64,000 nt of DNA from Treponemataceae bacterium. Lineage in GTDB: Bacteria; Spirochaetota; Spirochaetia; Treponematales; Rectinemataceae. Below, piece by piece: positions 18,245 to 26,593 of the stretch (positions within the stretch are counted from its first letter, which is position 1; every line of letters begins with the position of its first letter). The DNA is taken from NCBI GenBank assembly GCA_963678065.2, contig CAXXVZ010000003.1, forward strand, positions 1,472,001 through 1,536,000. Reading direction: 5' to 3'. Below the pieces are notes generated by a model. The model was not told the DNA's origin. It did not search any database and worked only from the letters and a program-made list of their open reading frames with translations. The position numbers and the translations under genes are program-made.

Positions 18245-18727
18245 ATGAAAAAGTCAGTCGTCATCGCCGTCGTGTTCGCCCTCGTCGCCGCCATCTCTTC
18301 CTTCGCCGCCACAACCGGATCTGTCGCAGTCAATGGGACCGTCCTGCCGGTCCTGAGCGTCGCTGTCAGCAATGCTTCGGTCACGGTAGCATCGCTCTCG
18401 GATACAGGCGGAACCGTCGACCTCGGAAAGGCCACCTTCATCAGCAACTACAAATCCTGGAAGGTCTCCTTCTCCTCGGCCAACGGTGGCAAGCTCAAGC
18501 ACTCCGATTCCGCTGTTTCCGATGTCATCAACTACACTTTTACCGCGGGCAGCCTGGCTTCGAATGCCTCTCTTTCGGGAGCCAAGGAAGTCAACCTGAC
18601 CACGAAGACCGCCAAAGCTGGCGATGACTACGCGATGAGCATCACGTATGGCGCCAACAACTCCACCAGCTATCTGACCTCCGGCGTCTACTCCGACACC
18701 ATCACGATCACTGTCGCCTCGAACTGA
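18245..18727 (+). CDS. Secreted Csu/spore-coat-U-like pilin subunit, copy 2
   Basis: Close paralog of 16749..17243 with long identical DNA stretches. Confidence 0.6.
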   Translation: MKKSVVIAVVFALVAAISSFAATTGSVAVNGTVLPVLSVAVSNASVTVASLSDTGGTVDLGKATFISNYKSWKVSFSSANGGKLKHSDSAVSDVINYTFTAGSLASNASLSGAKEVNLTTKTAKAGDDYAMSITYGANNSTSYLTSGVYSDTITITVASN

Positions 18728-18763
18728 TGAGCTGATTCTCTGACGGCGTCATGGCCGAACACG

Positions 18764-18795
18764 AAGGGTCGTCCCGAAAGGGACGGCCCTTTTTT
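18764..18795 (+). terminator. Intrinsic terminator
   Basis: AAGGGTCGTCCC-GAAA-GGGACGGCCCTTTTTT. Confidence 0.85.
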
Positions 18796-18823
18796 CATTG
18801 ACGAAAGACAAGACAGGATAGAT

Positions 18824-18850
18824 AATGAACAAATGAAAATATTGTTCATT
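18824..18850. promoter_or_regulatory. Inverted repeat, probable TetR operator
   Basis: AATGAACAA-N9-TTGTTCATT just upstream of the TetR ATG, overlapping a TTGACG-N17-GATAAT promoter. Confidence 0.6.
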
Positions 18851-18861
18851 GGTTCTGTTGC

Positions 18862-19455
18862 ATGAATCACGAGCGCAGGGCGGAGAGCCTGTATCCCGCC
18901 GCGTTGCGAATCTTCGCAGAATACGGATTCCGGAAAGCGACGCTGGAAGACATCGCGGCGGAACTCGGACTCGTCAAGAGCGCACTCTATGCCTACGCGA
19001 AGGACAAGCGGGATCTGTACCGGGCGACGGTCGCCTGGGGATTCGGGCGCTGGCAGGAGAAGGTGGCCCGCGCGGTCGCCGCGGAGTCAGGCCCCGTGGA
19101 AAAACTCTACGCGCTCACGCGGGGGGCTTACCGCTATCTCGATGAGGACCCGGCGCTGCGGCGGGTTCTCGAGCGGGACCCCGAGCTGCTCCCACTCTTC
19201 GACGCGGACGATCCCTTCGCCGCCATCAATCGCGAATCAGTGCGGATGATCCGCGAAATTCTCGACAGCGGCTGCGCGGCCGGAGTCTTCTTTCTCGCGG
19301 ATACGGCGATGGCGGCGCGCAGCATGTTCTCGATCTATGTCATGTTCATCCAGAAGACGTATGTGGCGCGCGAGGGGGAAGATATCGACGCCATGTTCGA
19401 GACGACGATAGAGCTGTTCATCCGGGGACTTGCAGCCCGACCCTCCGCTTCCTGA
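18862..19455 (+). CDS. TetR/AcrR-family transcriptional regulator
   Basis: AALRIFAEYGFRKATLEDIAAELG..KSALY HTH. Confidence 0.9.
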   Translation: MNHERRAESLYPAALRIFAEYGFRKATLEDIAAELGLVKSALYAYAKDKRDLYRATVAWGFGRWQEKVARAVAAESGPVEKLYALTRGAYRYLDEDPALRRVLERDPELLPLFDADDPFAAINRESVRMIREILDSGCAAGVFFLADTAMAARSMFSIYVMFIQKTYVAREGEDIDAMFETTIELFIRGLAARPSAS

Positions 19456-19536
19456 ACGGAAATGGAGGACCGCCCTCTTCTCCCCCACGCATACAGAAAC
19501 CGGATGCCGTCAGGGTATCCGATGCAGGAGGTCAGC

Positions 19537-19938
19537 ATGGAGAACGAAATGGTCTATCTGAGCCCGGAATGGCGCGACGAGGCGCTCGCGCGGCTCCAGG
19601 CGAACTTGAATCCGGAGAAGATGAACGGCATCACTACCTCGATGTCCAACATTTACATGAACTGCCCGGGCGGTTCGGAAAATTTCCTCTTCATCGAATG
19701 CACGGGTGGCAAGGTCTCGAGGGTCGAGACGGGTCCCGGACAGGCGCCGGAGGCCGAGTTCCGCATCATCGGCGACTACGAGACCTTCGCGAAAATCTCG
19801 CGGGCCGAACTCGGCTCGCAGAAGGCCCTCTTCACCGGCAAGTTGAAGCTCAAGGGCAATATGGCGAAGGCGCTGAAGCTGGCCTCTCTCGCGGACAGGA
19901 TCAACAAGGTCCTCTCGCAGATTCCGGCCCGGTACTGA
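19537..19938 (+). CDS. SCP2 sterol/lipid-binding domain protein
   Basis: YLSPEW and ALFTGKLKLKGNMAKAL SCP2 signature; AGGAGG RBS. Confidence 0.8.
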   Translation: MENEMVYLSPEWRDEALARLQANLNPEKMNGITTSMSNIYMNCPGGSENFLFIECTGGKVSRVETGPGQAPEAEFRIIGDYETFAKISRAELGSQKALFTGKLKLKGNMAKALKLASLADRINKVLSQIPARY

Positions 19939-19952
19939 AGGAGGAACCAGCG

Positions 19953-21176
19953 ATGGCACGAATACTCGATCCGAAAGACCCCTACTACATCGACAATCCA
20001 GGCCGCGTGGCGGCCATCCAGGCAGAGATGGCCAGGCGCGGAATCGACGTCTATCTCGCCTCGCGCATACGCACGATGAGCTTCGTCCTGGACGCATTCT
20101 GTCCCTGGCGAAGCTATCTCGTCATCCCCGCGGAAGGCATGCCCACCCTCTTCACCTTCGTCATAGACGCGCAGCGCATCGGCGACGAGACCTGGCTCGA
20201 CGAGGACCACGTCCGGGGCTACGGCCCCATGGGTGGCATGGACCAGATTTCGGCCGTCACGGACTTCATAGAGGAAGAGATCGGACTCGCGCGCGGTTTG
20301 ATCGCTTACGAGGACGGAGTATCGACCTACACGGCCGAAGGAAACCTGACACACTGGGAATTCACGGGGTTCGCCTCCGCCCTGCCGGGTTTCTCCTGGG
20401 TGAACGGGCACGAGATCGTCGACTCGCTCTCGATCATCAAGGATCAGGGCACGATCGCCCGCTTCCGCGAAGCCTCGAGGATCGTCGATGTCGGACAGGC
20501 CGCCGCCAGGGCGGCGCTCGAGAACGGAGGCTACAGGACCATCACCGAATCGGTGATCGCCGGCATCGCGGCCCTCGCGATGCGCCGGGTCGGCAGCGTT
20601 TCGGAGTGGAACTTCGCGGGACTCAACGAAATATCCTCCGGCTACCGGACTGGACTCGGGGCCTGCACGCCGCCGACGAACCGCCTCATCCGCTCAGGCG
20701 AGCCGCTCATGCTGGATTTCCACTCGATGTTCAGGCTGGCTCTCGGGGACCACTCGCACAACTACCTCATCGCCCCGGCGACGGCCAGACAGCGCTGGCA
20801 CGCGGACAACTTCGTCGAGCTCGTGGCGGCGGTGCTCGCGAACTACCGCGCGGGCGCAAGCCCTTCCTCGCTCGCGGCCGTCATGATGGACAGGGCCGAG
20901 GAGCTTGGCTGCGCCGACTTCATCCTGCCAGGCTGCGAGCACGGGATCGGGCTCTTCGGCGACGAGTGGAGGATAGGCGGCACGAACGACGGCCCCCTGC
21001 CCTTCTGGACCGACCCCGACCATGTCTACCGCGAGAACGAGATGGTCATCTGCGCGATGCAGTACGCCTGCCCGGGCGAGGCGATCGGGTTCCGCTACGA
21101 GAACCCCGTCCTCATCCTGAAAGACGGCTGCGAGTACATGTCGAAGTATCCTCTCGCCATAGAGGAGATCGGCTGA
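19953..21176 (+). CDS. M24 (Xaa-Pro peptidase/creatinase fold) family protein
   Basis: Creatinase_N-like start; IKD...I...R.A, D...D, HGIG and RYEN motifs. Confidence 0.75.
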   Translation: MARILDPKDPYYIDNPGRVAAIQAEMARRGIDVYLASRIRTMSFVLDAFCPWRSYLVIPAEGMPTLFTFVIDAQRIGDETWLDEDHVRGYGPMGGMDQISAVTDFIEEEIGLARGLIAYEDGVSTYTAEGNLTHWEFTGFASALPGFSWVNGHEIVDSLSIIKDQGTIARFREASRIVDVGQAAARAALENGGYRTITESVIAGIAALAMRRVGSVSEWNFAGLNEISSGYRTGLGACTPPTNRLIRSGEPLMLDFHSMFRLALGDHSHNYLIAPATARQRWHADNFVELVAAVLANYRAGASPSSLAAVMMDRAEELGCADFILPGCEHGIGLFGDEWRIGGTNDGPLPFWTDPDHVYRENEMVICAMQYACPGEAIGFRYENPVLILKDGCEYMSKYPLAIEEIG

Positions 21177-21258
21177 AGTTCCGCGCCGTGGCCGCAGGAC
21201 GCGGGCTCGGGAAAGGGTTCGCGTCTTGCAGCGGATTTCGGCCGCACCGTGGCCGATC

Positions 21259-22491
21259 TCAGGCTATGACGCCCAGCTTCTTCCCCACCTTCGTGAAGGC
21301 CGCGACAGCGGCGTCGATCTGGGTGGAGTCGTGGGCGGCGGAGATCTGGACGCGGATGCGCGCCTTGCCGCGGGGCACGACGGGGAAGCTGAAGCCGATC
21401 ACGTAGATGCCCTCGCCGAGGAGCTCGTCCGCCATGCGGTGGGCGAGCTTTTCGTCGTAGAGCATGACGGGGCAGATGGGGTGGACGCCGGGTCGCAAGT
21501 CGAAGCCGGCAGCGGTCATGGCAGAGCGGAAGCGCGCAGTGTTCGCCTCGAGGCGGTCGCGGAGTTCGGTCGACTCGGTGAGGATCGAAAGGCACTTGAT
21601 GGTGCCGGCGACGATGGAGGGCGCAAGGGTGTTGGAGAAGAGATAGGGTCTGGCCTTCTGGCGGAGGTACTCGACGATCTCGGCCCGGGCCGCCACGCAG
21701 CCGCCCGACGCGCCGCCCAGAGCCTTGCCGAAGGTGGTCGTGATGATGTCGACGCGGCCGGCGACGCCGCAGTGCTCCGGGGTACCGCGCCCCGTCCTTC
21801 CCATGAAGCCGGTCGCGTGGGAATCGTCGACCATGACGAGGGCGCCGTATTTTTCCGCGAGATCGCAGATCTCGGAGAGCTTGGCGATGTCGCCATCCAT
21901 GGAGAAGACGCCGTCCGTGGCTATCATGCACAGGCGACAGCCAGCGGCCTCCTTCAGGCAGCGCTCGAGGCCCTTGGCGGGCTTGCCCGTGTCGGGGTCG
22001 ATCTCGTCGACGTCACGCATGTCGGCGTGCTTGTAGATCCAGCGCTGCGCCTTGCACAGGCGGATGCCGTCGATAATGGACGCGTGGTTGAGGCTGTCGG
22101 TGATGATGGCGCAGTCTTCGTCCAGCAGGGGCTCGAAGACAGCTCCGTTCGCGTCGAAGCAGGACGAAAACAGAATGCTGTCCTCGGTGCCGAGGAAGTC
22201 GGCCATCTGTTTTTCGAGGAGCTTGTGCTGGCTCTGTGTGCCGCAGATGAAACGCACGCTGGCGAGGCCGTAGCCGAAATCGTTGAGGCCGAGAGCGGCG
22301 GCGGCGCGGATGCGGCCGTCGTTGGCGAGCCCAAGGTAATTGTTGGCGCAGAAATTGAGGACTGGCTTCCCGTCAGCGACGCGGATGAGGGCACTCTGGG
22401 GCGTCGCGAGGACGCGCTCATGTTTGTAGAGCCCCTCGTTTTCGATTTTTTCAAGTTTGGCGGCAAGTTCCGCCTGAAGCGAGCCGTACAT
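21259..22491 (-). CDS. kbl: Glycine C-acetyltransferase (2-amino-3-ketobutyrate CoA ligase)
   Basis: [27 protein letters not shown] and [12 protein letters not shown] motifs. Confidence 0.93.
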   Translation of the reverse strand: MYGSLQAELAAKLEKIENEGLYKHERVLATPQSALIRVADGKPVLNFCANNYLGLANDGRIRAAAALGLNDFGYGLASVRFICGTQSQHKLLEKQMADFLGTEDSILFSSCFDANGAVFEPLLDEDCAIITDSLNHASIIDGIRLCKAQRWIYKHADMRDVDEIDPDTGKPAKGLERCLKEAAGCRLCMIATDGVFSMDGDIAKLSEICDLAEKYGALVMVDDSHATGFMGRTGRGTPEHCGVAGRVDIITTTFGKALGGASGGCVAARAEIVEYLRQKARPYLFSNTLAPSIVAGTIKCLSILTESTELRDRLEANTARFRSAMTAAGFDLRPGVHPICPVMLYDEKLAHRMADELLGEGIYVIGFSFPVVPRGKARIRVQISAAHDSTQIDAAVAAFTKVGKKLGVIA

Positions 22492-22511
22492 GATTTTCTC
22501 CTTGACTTCTG

Positions 22512-23084
22512 TCAGTTTTGCCGGAGCTGTTTTCGCGGTCGGAGGAACCCGAAGAAGCTGCCCGTGAGTCCCCCGAGAATGTGGGCGAACTGGGAGATGT
22601 TGTCTTTTTGGGCTATCGCGTTCCAGACTTCCCTGCCGAGGAAGAGCACCATCACGAGAATGAAGGTTATGGGCACCTCGCCTTTCTGGAAGTTGGTGAA
22701 GGATGCGAGGAGGATCATCATGAAGACGATGCCGGATGCTCCCATGAGGATTGTCGTGGGGAATACGAGGACGTTGATGAGCCCCGTCACGAGGGCGGTG
22801 ACGACCATCATGACGATGAGGGTGAGAGAGCCGTAGGTCATCTCGAGGATGGGGCCGAGGAGGAGGATGAAGGTGAAGTTGGATATGAAGTGCTCGACGC
22901 TCGCGTGTCCGAGGACGTGGCTGAAGAGCTTGATGTAGTCGGAGACCGCGTTGACGCGGAAAGGTGCGGGGGTGGAAAACCAGGACTGGTTGATGCTTGG
23001 CAGGATGGTCAGGTTGAGGGCGAGAACGATCGCGGCGAGCAGGGTGAATGTCAGGGTCGCGGGCGCGTTGTAGCGAAGTTTCAT
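22512..23084 (-). CDS. Rhomboid intramembrane serine protease
   Basis: GASG (Ser) and AHILGG (His) motifs; multi-TM. Confidence 0.85.
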   Translation of the reverse strand: MKLRYNAPATLTFTLLAAIVLALNLTILPSINQSWFSTPAPFRVNAVSDYIKLFSHVLGHASVEHFISNFTFILLLGPILEMTYGSLTLIVMMVVTALVTGLINVLVFPTTILMGASGIVFMMILLASFTNFQKGEVPITFILVMVLFLGREVWNAIAQKDNISQFAHILGGLTGSFFGFLRPRKQLRQN

Positions 23085-23107
23085 GTCTATCCTCCGGAAA
23101 CTCAGGA

Positions 23108-23896
23108 TCAGGGAGTGAAATCGAGGTCGATCGAAACGGGGCAGTGGTCGGAGCCGAGGACCTCAGGATGGATGGCGGCCCCAAGCATGCCGGGGATGAA
23201 TCCTTCGTCGATGCAGTGGTAGTCGAGGCGCCATCCGACGTTGCGCTCCCGCGCCCCGGGAACCCGGTACGTCCACCATGTGTAGTTTTTGCCTTCTTTG
23301 TTGAAGTGGCGGAAGCTGTCCGCGTAGCCACAGGCGGTGAATTTGTCCATCCAGGCGCGCTCTTCGGGCAGGTAGCCGGGGTTCCCCTCGTTGGCTTTGG
23401 GGTTGGCGAGGTCGATCGGGGTGTGGGCGATGTTGTAGTCGCCGCCGACGACGACATGCCTGCCTGCCTTCACCCTCTCGTCGCACCAGGCGAGGACAGA
23501 GTCACAGAAGCGGATCTTGTAGTCGATCCGCGCGCCGGCCTCCTGACTGTTCGGAAAGTAGGCTGAGGCGAGGATGAAATCCCCGAAGTCGGCGGCGAGG
23601 AAGCGGCCCTCGTCGTCGAACTCGGGAATGCCGAGGAGGGAGAGCGAGCGGGGCTCACGTCTGGAATAGATGGCGACGCCGGAGTATCCGCGCTTCTTCG
23701 CGTCGGACCAGTAGGAATTGTACGGCTTGCCCGAGGAATCCGGAGGAGCGCAGAACTCCTTCCCGAGTTGCTCTTTCTGAGCCTTGGTCTCCTGGAGGCA
23801 GAGCATGTCCGGGCTGGCCGAGGCGAGCCACTGAAAGAGGCCTTTCTGGGAGCAGGAGCGTATCCCGTTCACGTTCCATGAAACCACTCTGGTCAT
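23108..23896 (-). CDS. xth: Exodeoxyribonuclease III
   Basis: [26 protein letters not shown] and SDHCP motifs. Confidence 0.93.
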   Translation of the reverse strand: MTRVVSWNVNGIRSCSQKGLFQWLASASPDMLCLQETKAQKEQLGKEFCAPPDSSGKPYNSYWSDAKKRGYSGVAIYSRREPRSLSLLGIPEFDDEGRFLAADFGDFILASAYFPNSQEAGARIDYKIRFCDSVLAWCDERVKAGRHVVVGGDYNIAHTPIDLANPKANEGNPGYLPEERAWMDKFTACGYADSFRHFNKEGKNYTWWTYRVPGARERNVGWRLDYHCIDEGFIPGMLGAAIHPEVLGSDHCPVSIDLDFTP

Positions 23897-23917
23897 GTGC
23901 ACTCCTTGGGGGACAGG

Positions 23918-25114
23918 CTACAGCGTATCGCGCCCGCGGGAAAAAAACGCGTCGTAGGCGAGATCGCAGGCCGCTTTGCAGGCGACGAGGGGATCGTAGG
24001 CGGCCCCGAGTATGCGGGCAGTCTTCGGGCCGAAACGTTCGTCGTCGCGGGTGAAATCGGAAGAGGCGGCCGCCGCGAGCCTGTCGGAGAGGGCCGCCGA
24101 ACGTGTCACGAAGATGATTATTTCAGGAGCGAGGAGGCGTCGGATGTCGCGGACAGCCTGGGCCGCCACCGCGAACAGGGGTTCGAGAGCCCGCTCGACA
24201 TGCTCGTCGCCCGAGCGTAGGAGGCGTTCGAGTGTGGCGAGGTCGGGGCAATCCGCGACCGAGGCGAGCGCCTTGAAGACGCTGTCTTCCGAGAGGTAGT
24301 TCTCCAGGCAGCCGCGATTGCCGCAGGAACACAGAGGCCCCAGGGTGTCCATGGACAGGTGGCCGACCTCGAAGGCCGTCCTTCCGCGGTCCGAAACGGG
24401 CTGGCCGTTCTGGAGGTAGGCGCCGCCGACGCCGGCGCGCACGAGGAAGGCGAAGACAGACTCGCCTCCTCTGGCGGCCCCGTAGCGCTGTTCGGCTATC
24501 GCGACAACCGTGGCGTTGTTGTTGACGTTCACGGGGACTCCGAAGGCTTTTTCGAGCCTCTCCCCGAGAGGGAAGTTGGTCATGCCGGGAATGCGCGAGT
24601 AGTAGTGGACGACTCCCGTGTCGACGCTGACGGAGCCCGGGGCTCCCACTCCGATGCCGATAACCCGGGACATATCGAGCTTCGCCTCGGCGAGAGCCTG
24701 GGCAATGAGTCCCCGGACGGTGTCCAGGGCGGATTCGGCGTCGGGAGGATCCTCGAAGGGGACCACGCGGGAAAAGACGACTTTCGCGGAGAAATCCTGG
24801 ATGATGACGGCGGCCGAGCTGATCCAGAAATCGACGCCGACAGTGTAGGCGGCATCCGGCACGACGCGGTAGTCGAGAGGCCTTCGCCCCTTCCGGTCCG
24901 AGGTCTCGCGCTTGTGCCCTGTGTCGGCGGCGATCAGGCCCGAGCGCTCAAGTTCCGCGAAGATGCGGAAAACGGTGGGGGGTTTCAGGCCGGTCAGAAG
25001 GGCAGCGCGGCTCTGGGACAGAGGCCCGTTCCTGAAAATCAGTCTGAGGACAAGCTGCTCGTTTCGTTCTCGTATCGATGCGGCGCGCATGGCGCCGGGC
25101 TCTTCGCCTGTCAC
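23918..25114 (-). CDS. ROK-family transcriptional regulator
   Basis: N-terminal HTH, GRRP, GIGVGAPG and EVGH...CSCGNRGCLE motifs. Confidence 0.9.
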   Translation of the reverse strand: MTGEEPGAMRAASIRERNEQLVLRLIFRNGPLSQSRAALLTGLKPPTVFRIFAELERSGLIAADTGHKRETSDRKGRRPLDYRVVPDAAYTVGVDFWISSAAVIIQDFSAKVVFSRVVPFEDPPDAESALDTVRGLIAQALAEAKLDMSRVIGIGVGAPGSVSVDTGVVHYYSRIPGMTNFPLGERLEKAFGVPVNVNNNATVVAIAEQRYGAARGGESVFAFLVRAGVGGAYLQNGQPVSDRGRTAFEVGHLSMDTLGPLCSCGNRGCLENYLSEDSVFKALASVADCPDLATLERLLRSGDEHVERALEPLFAVAAQAVRDIRRLLAPEIIIFVTRSAALSDRLAAAASSDFTRDDERFGPKTARILGAAYDPLVACKAACDLAYDAFFSRGRDTL

Positions 25115-25265
25115 GATGTCTCCTGTACCGAATGTTGGCTCATAAAGACTATATCCTACATGGCAGGCCTAGACAACCTGAATGTCGTTTCGTCAGGTTT
25201 CTCCGGCCTCCGGGAATCCGGGTGCCAGGGAAACCTGGCGATGTGCGCCTTTCCCGGAGGAGAGC

Positions 25266-26057
25266 TCAGCCTCCAAGTTCTTCACAAGTCTTGAGATAGA
25301 GCGCGTAGAGGGCCGCCTTGCCGGAAGAGATCCCGAGTCCGGGCTTCCGGCCGAGGGGCCTGTCGAGCCCGAGAGCCGAGCGGGCCCGGCCTTTGATGAG
25401 TCCAGGGTTTTCCGGACCGAAGAAGGTGCTGCGGCAGAGATGCCGGGCGAACGCATCCCTGAGGGATGTCAGATCCTCCCGATCGGTGGGATCAGGATGG
25501 GGCGCCGGCGATTCCAGCCAATGGAGGATGTCGGGCGGCGTCGGCGCGTCGAGTTCGGCGAGCCTGTCCTCGAACCAGGCGACGGCCCCGGAGTTCCGGT
25601 ACGAGGCAGTCTCCAGTTCCTTGAGGACACCGGTCACCGTCGCGGAGGCGACGGAGGACCCAAGCGCTCTCGAGGAGAGCATCTTCCAGGCGACGACTGT
25701 CCCGATGGCGCCGATGGAGAACTCGTCGAGGACGGGCACGGGATCGCGCACGACTATGGAGAAAAACAGATAGAGCACAAGGAAAACGCCGGAGCAGAGC
25801 GCAACGCGCGGAATGAAGCCGCGGTCCAGAAGCCACTCCCGGAGTCCGTTCCGCATGGCTGTCTCGAGGGCGGGACGGATGGCGGCGGACTCGGAAGGAC
25901 CGGGGATCTCGCGGAACAGCACCTCGACGCCGGACTGTTCCTGTGTTTCGGCGGAGCGTCTCTGCCGGGACGTGAAAAAATCCGACTGCGCGCCGAATGG
26001 ATGCAGCACAAGAGAGTCTCCGCCCAGTCTGCGGACGACGAAGATGCGCGTCTTCAC
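25266..26057 (-). CDS. Hypothetical membrane protein
   Basis: 263-aa ORF with a TM hairpin (FFSIVVRDPVPVLDE); start coupled to the upstream ORF stop. Confidence 0.55.
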   Translation of the reverse strand: MKTRIFVVRRLGGDSLVLHPFGAQSDFFTSRQRRSAETQEQSGVEVLFREIPGPSESAAIRPALETAMRNGLREWLLDRGFIPRVALCSGVFLVLYLFFSIVVRDPVPVLDEFSIGAIGTVVAWKMLSSRALGSSVASATVTGVLKELETASYRNSGAVAWFEDRLAELDAPTPPDILHWLESPAPHPDPTDREDLTSLRDAFARHLCRSTFFGPENPGLIKGRARSALGLDRPLGRKPGLGISSGKAALYALYLKTCEELGG

Positions 26058-26491
26058 GGCAAAGACTCCGGTGCCTCGGGATCGAGTATGGAATCGATGA
26101 GCCGCTTGAGCTTGGGATCGAGCCCCGCGTTGCCGGAAGCGGAAAAATCGTCGATCTGAAAAATGCCGTCGCGAAATACGATAGGGCCGAATTCCTCGGG
26201 ACCGAGGAGATCGTCGTCGTTCTCGAATGCATACCGCGGTGCGGCTTCCTGCCTGTGCGTGGCCGGAGGCGGGAAGATGGGCGAAAGATGCGGCCCGGCC
26301 CCAGGCGGAGTCGCCAGGGAAGAGCCAGAACCCGACCTCGGCGTGGCGCGGGAGCTGGAATGTGCGAGGCTTATGCCTTCGAGTACAGGCAGGATCGTCG
26401 TCCTGTCCGGAAAACGGGAGTCTGGTCTGTCGAAAAGAGAATTCACGATTTCCTCATCCCTCTCAACTCCATGATATCGCCCGACGGCCAT
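26054..26491 (-). CDS. Hypothetical protein
   Basis: Protein-like C-terminus IVFRDGIFQI...LDPKLKRLIDSIL; stop overlaps the next start; start uncertain. Confidence 0.45.
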   Translation of the reverse strand: MAVGRYHGVERDEEIVNSLFDRPDSRFPDRTTILPVLEGISLAHSSSRATPRSGSGSSLATPPGAGPHLSPIFPPPATHRQEAAPRYAFENDDDLLGPEEFGPIVFRDGIFQIDDFSASGNAGLDPKLKRLIDSILDPEAPESLP

Positions 26492-26593
26492 GCCGCACCA
26501 GTGCTCCCGCCGGGGTGGTCCGCAGAGCTCTCCCTTGAGGTCGGCGGGGCAGCGGACTATACTTCGAAACGCTCCGGGCCACAAGGAGGTTCC

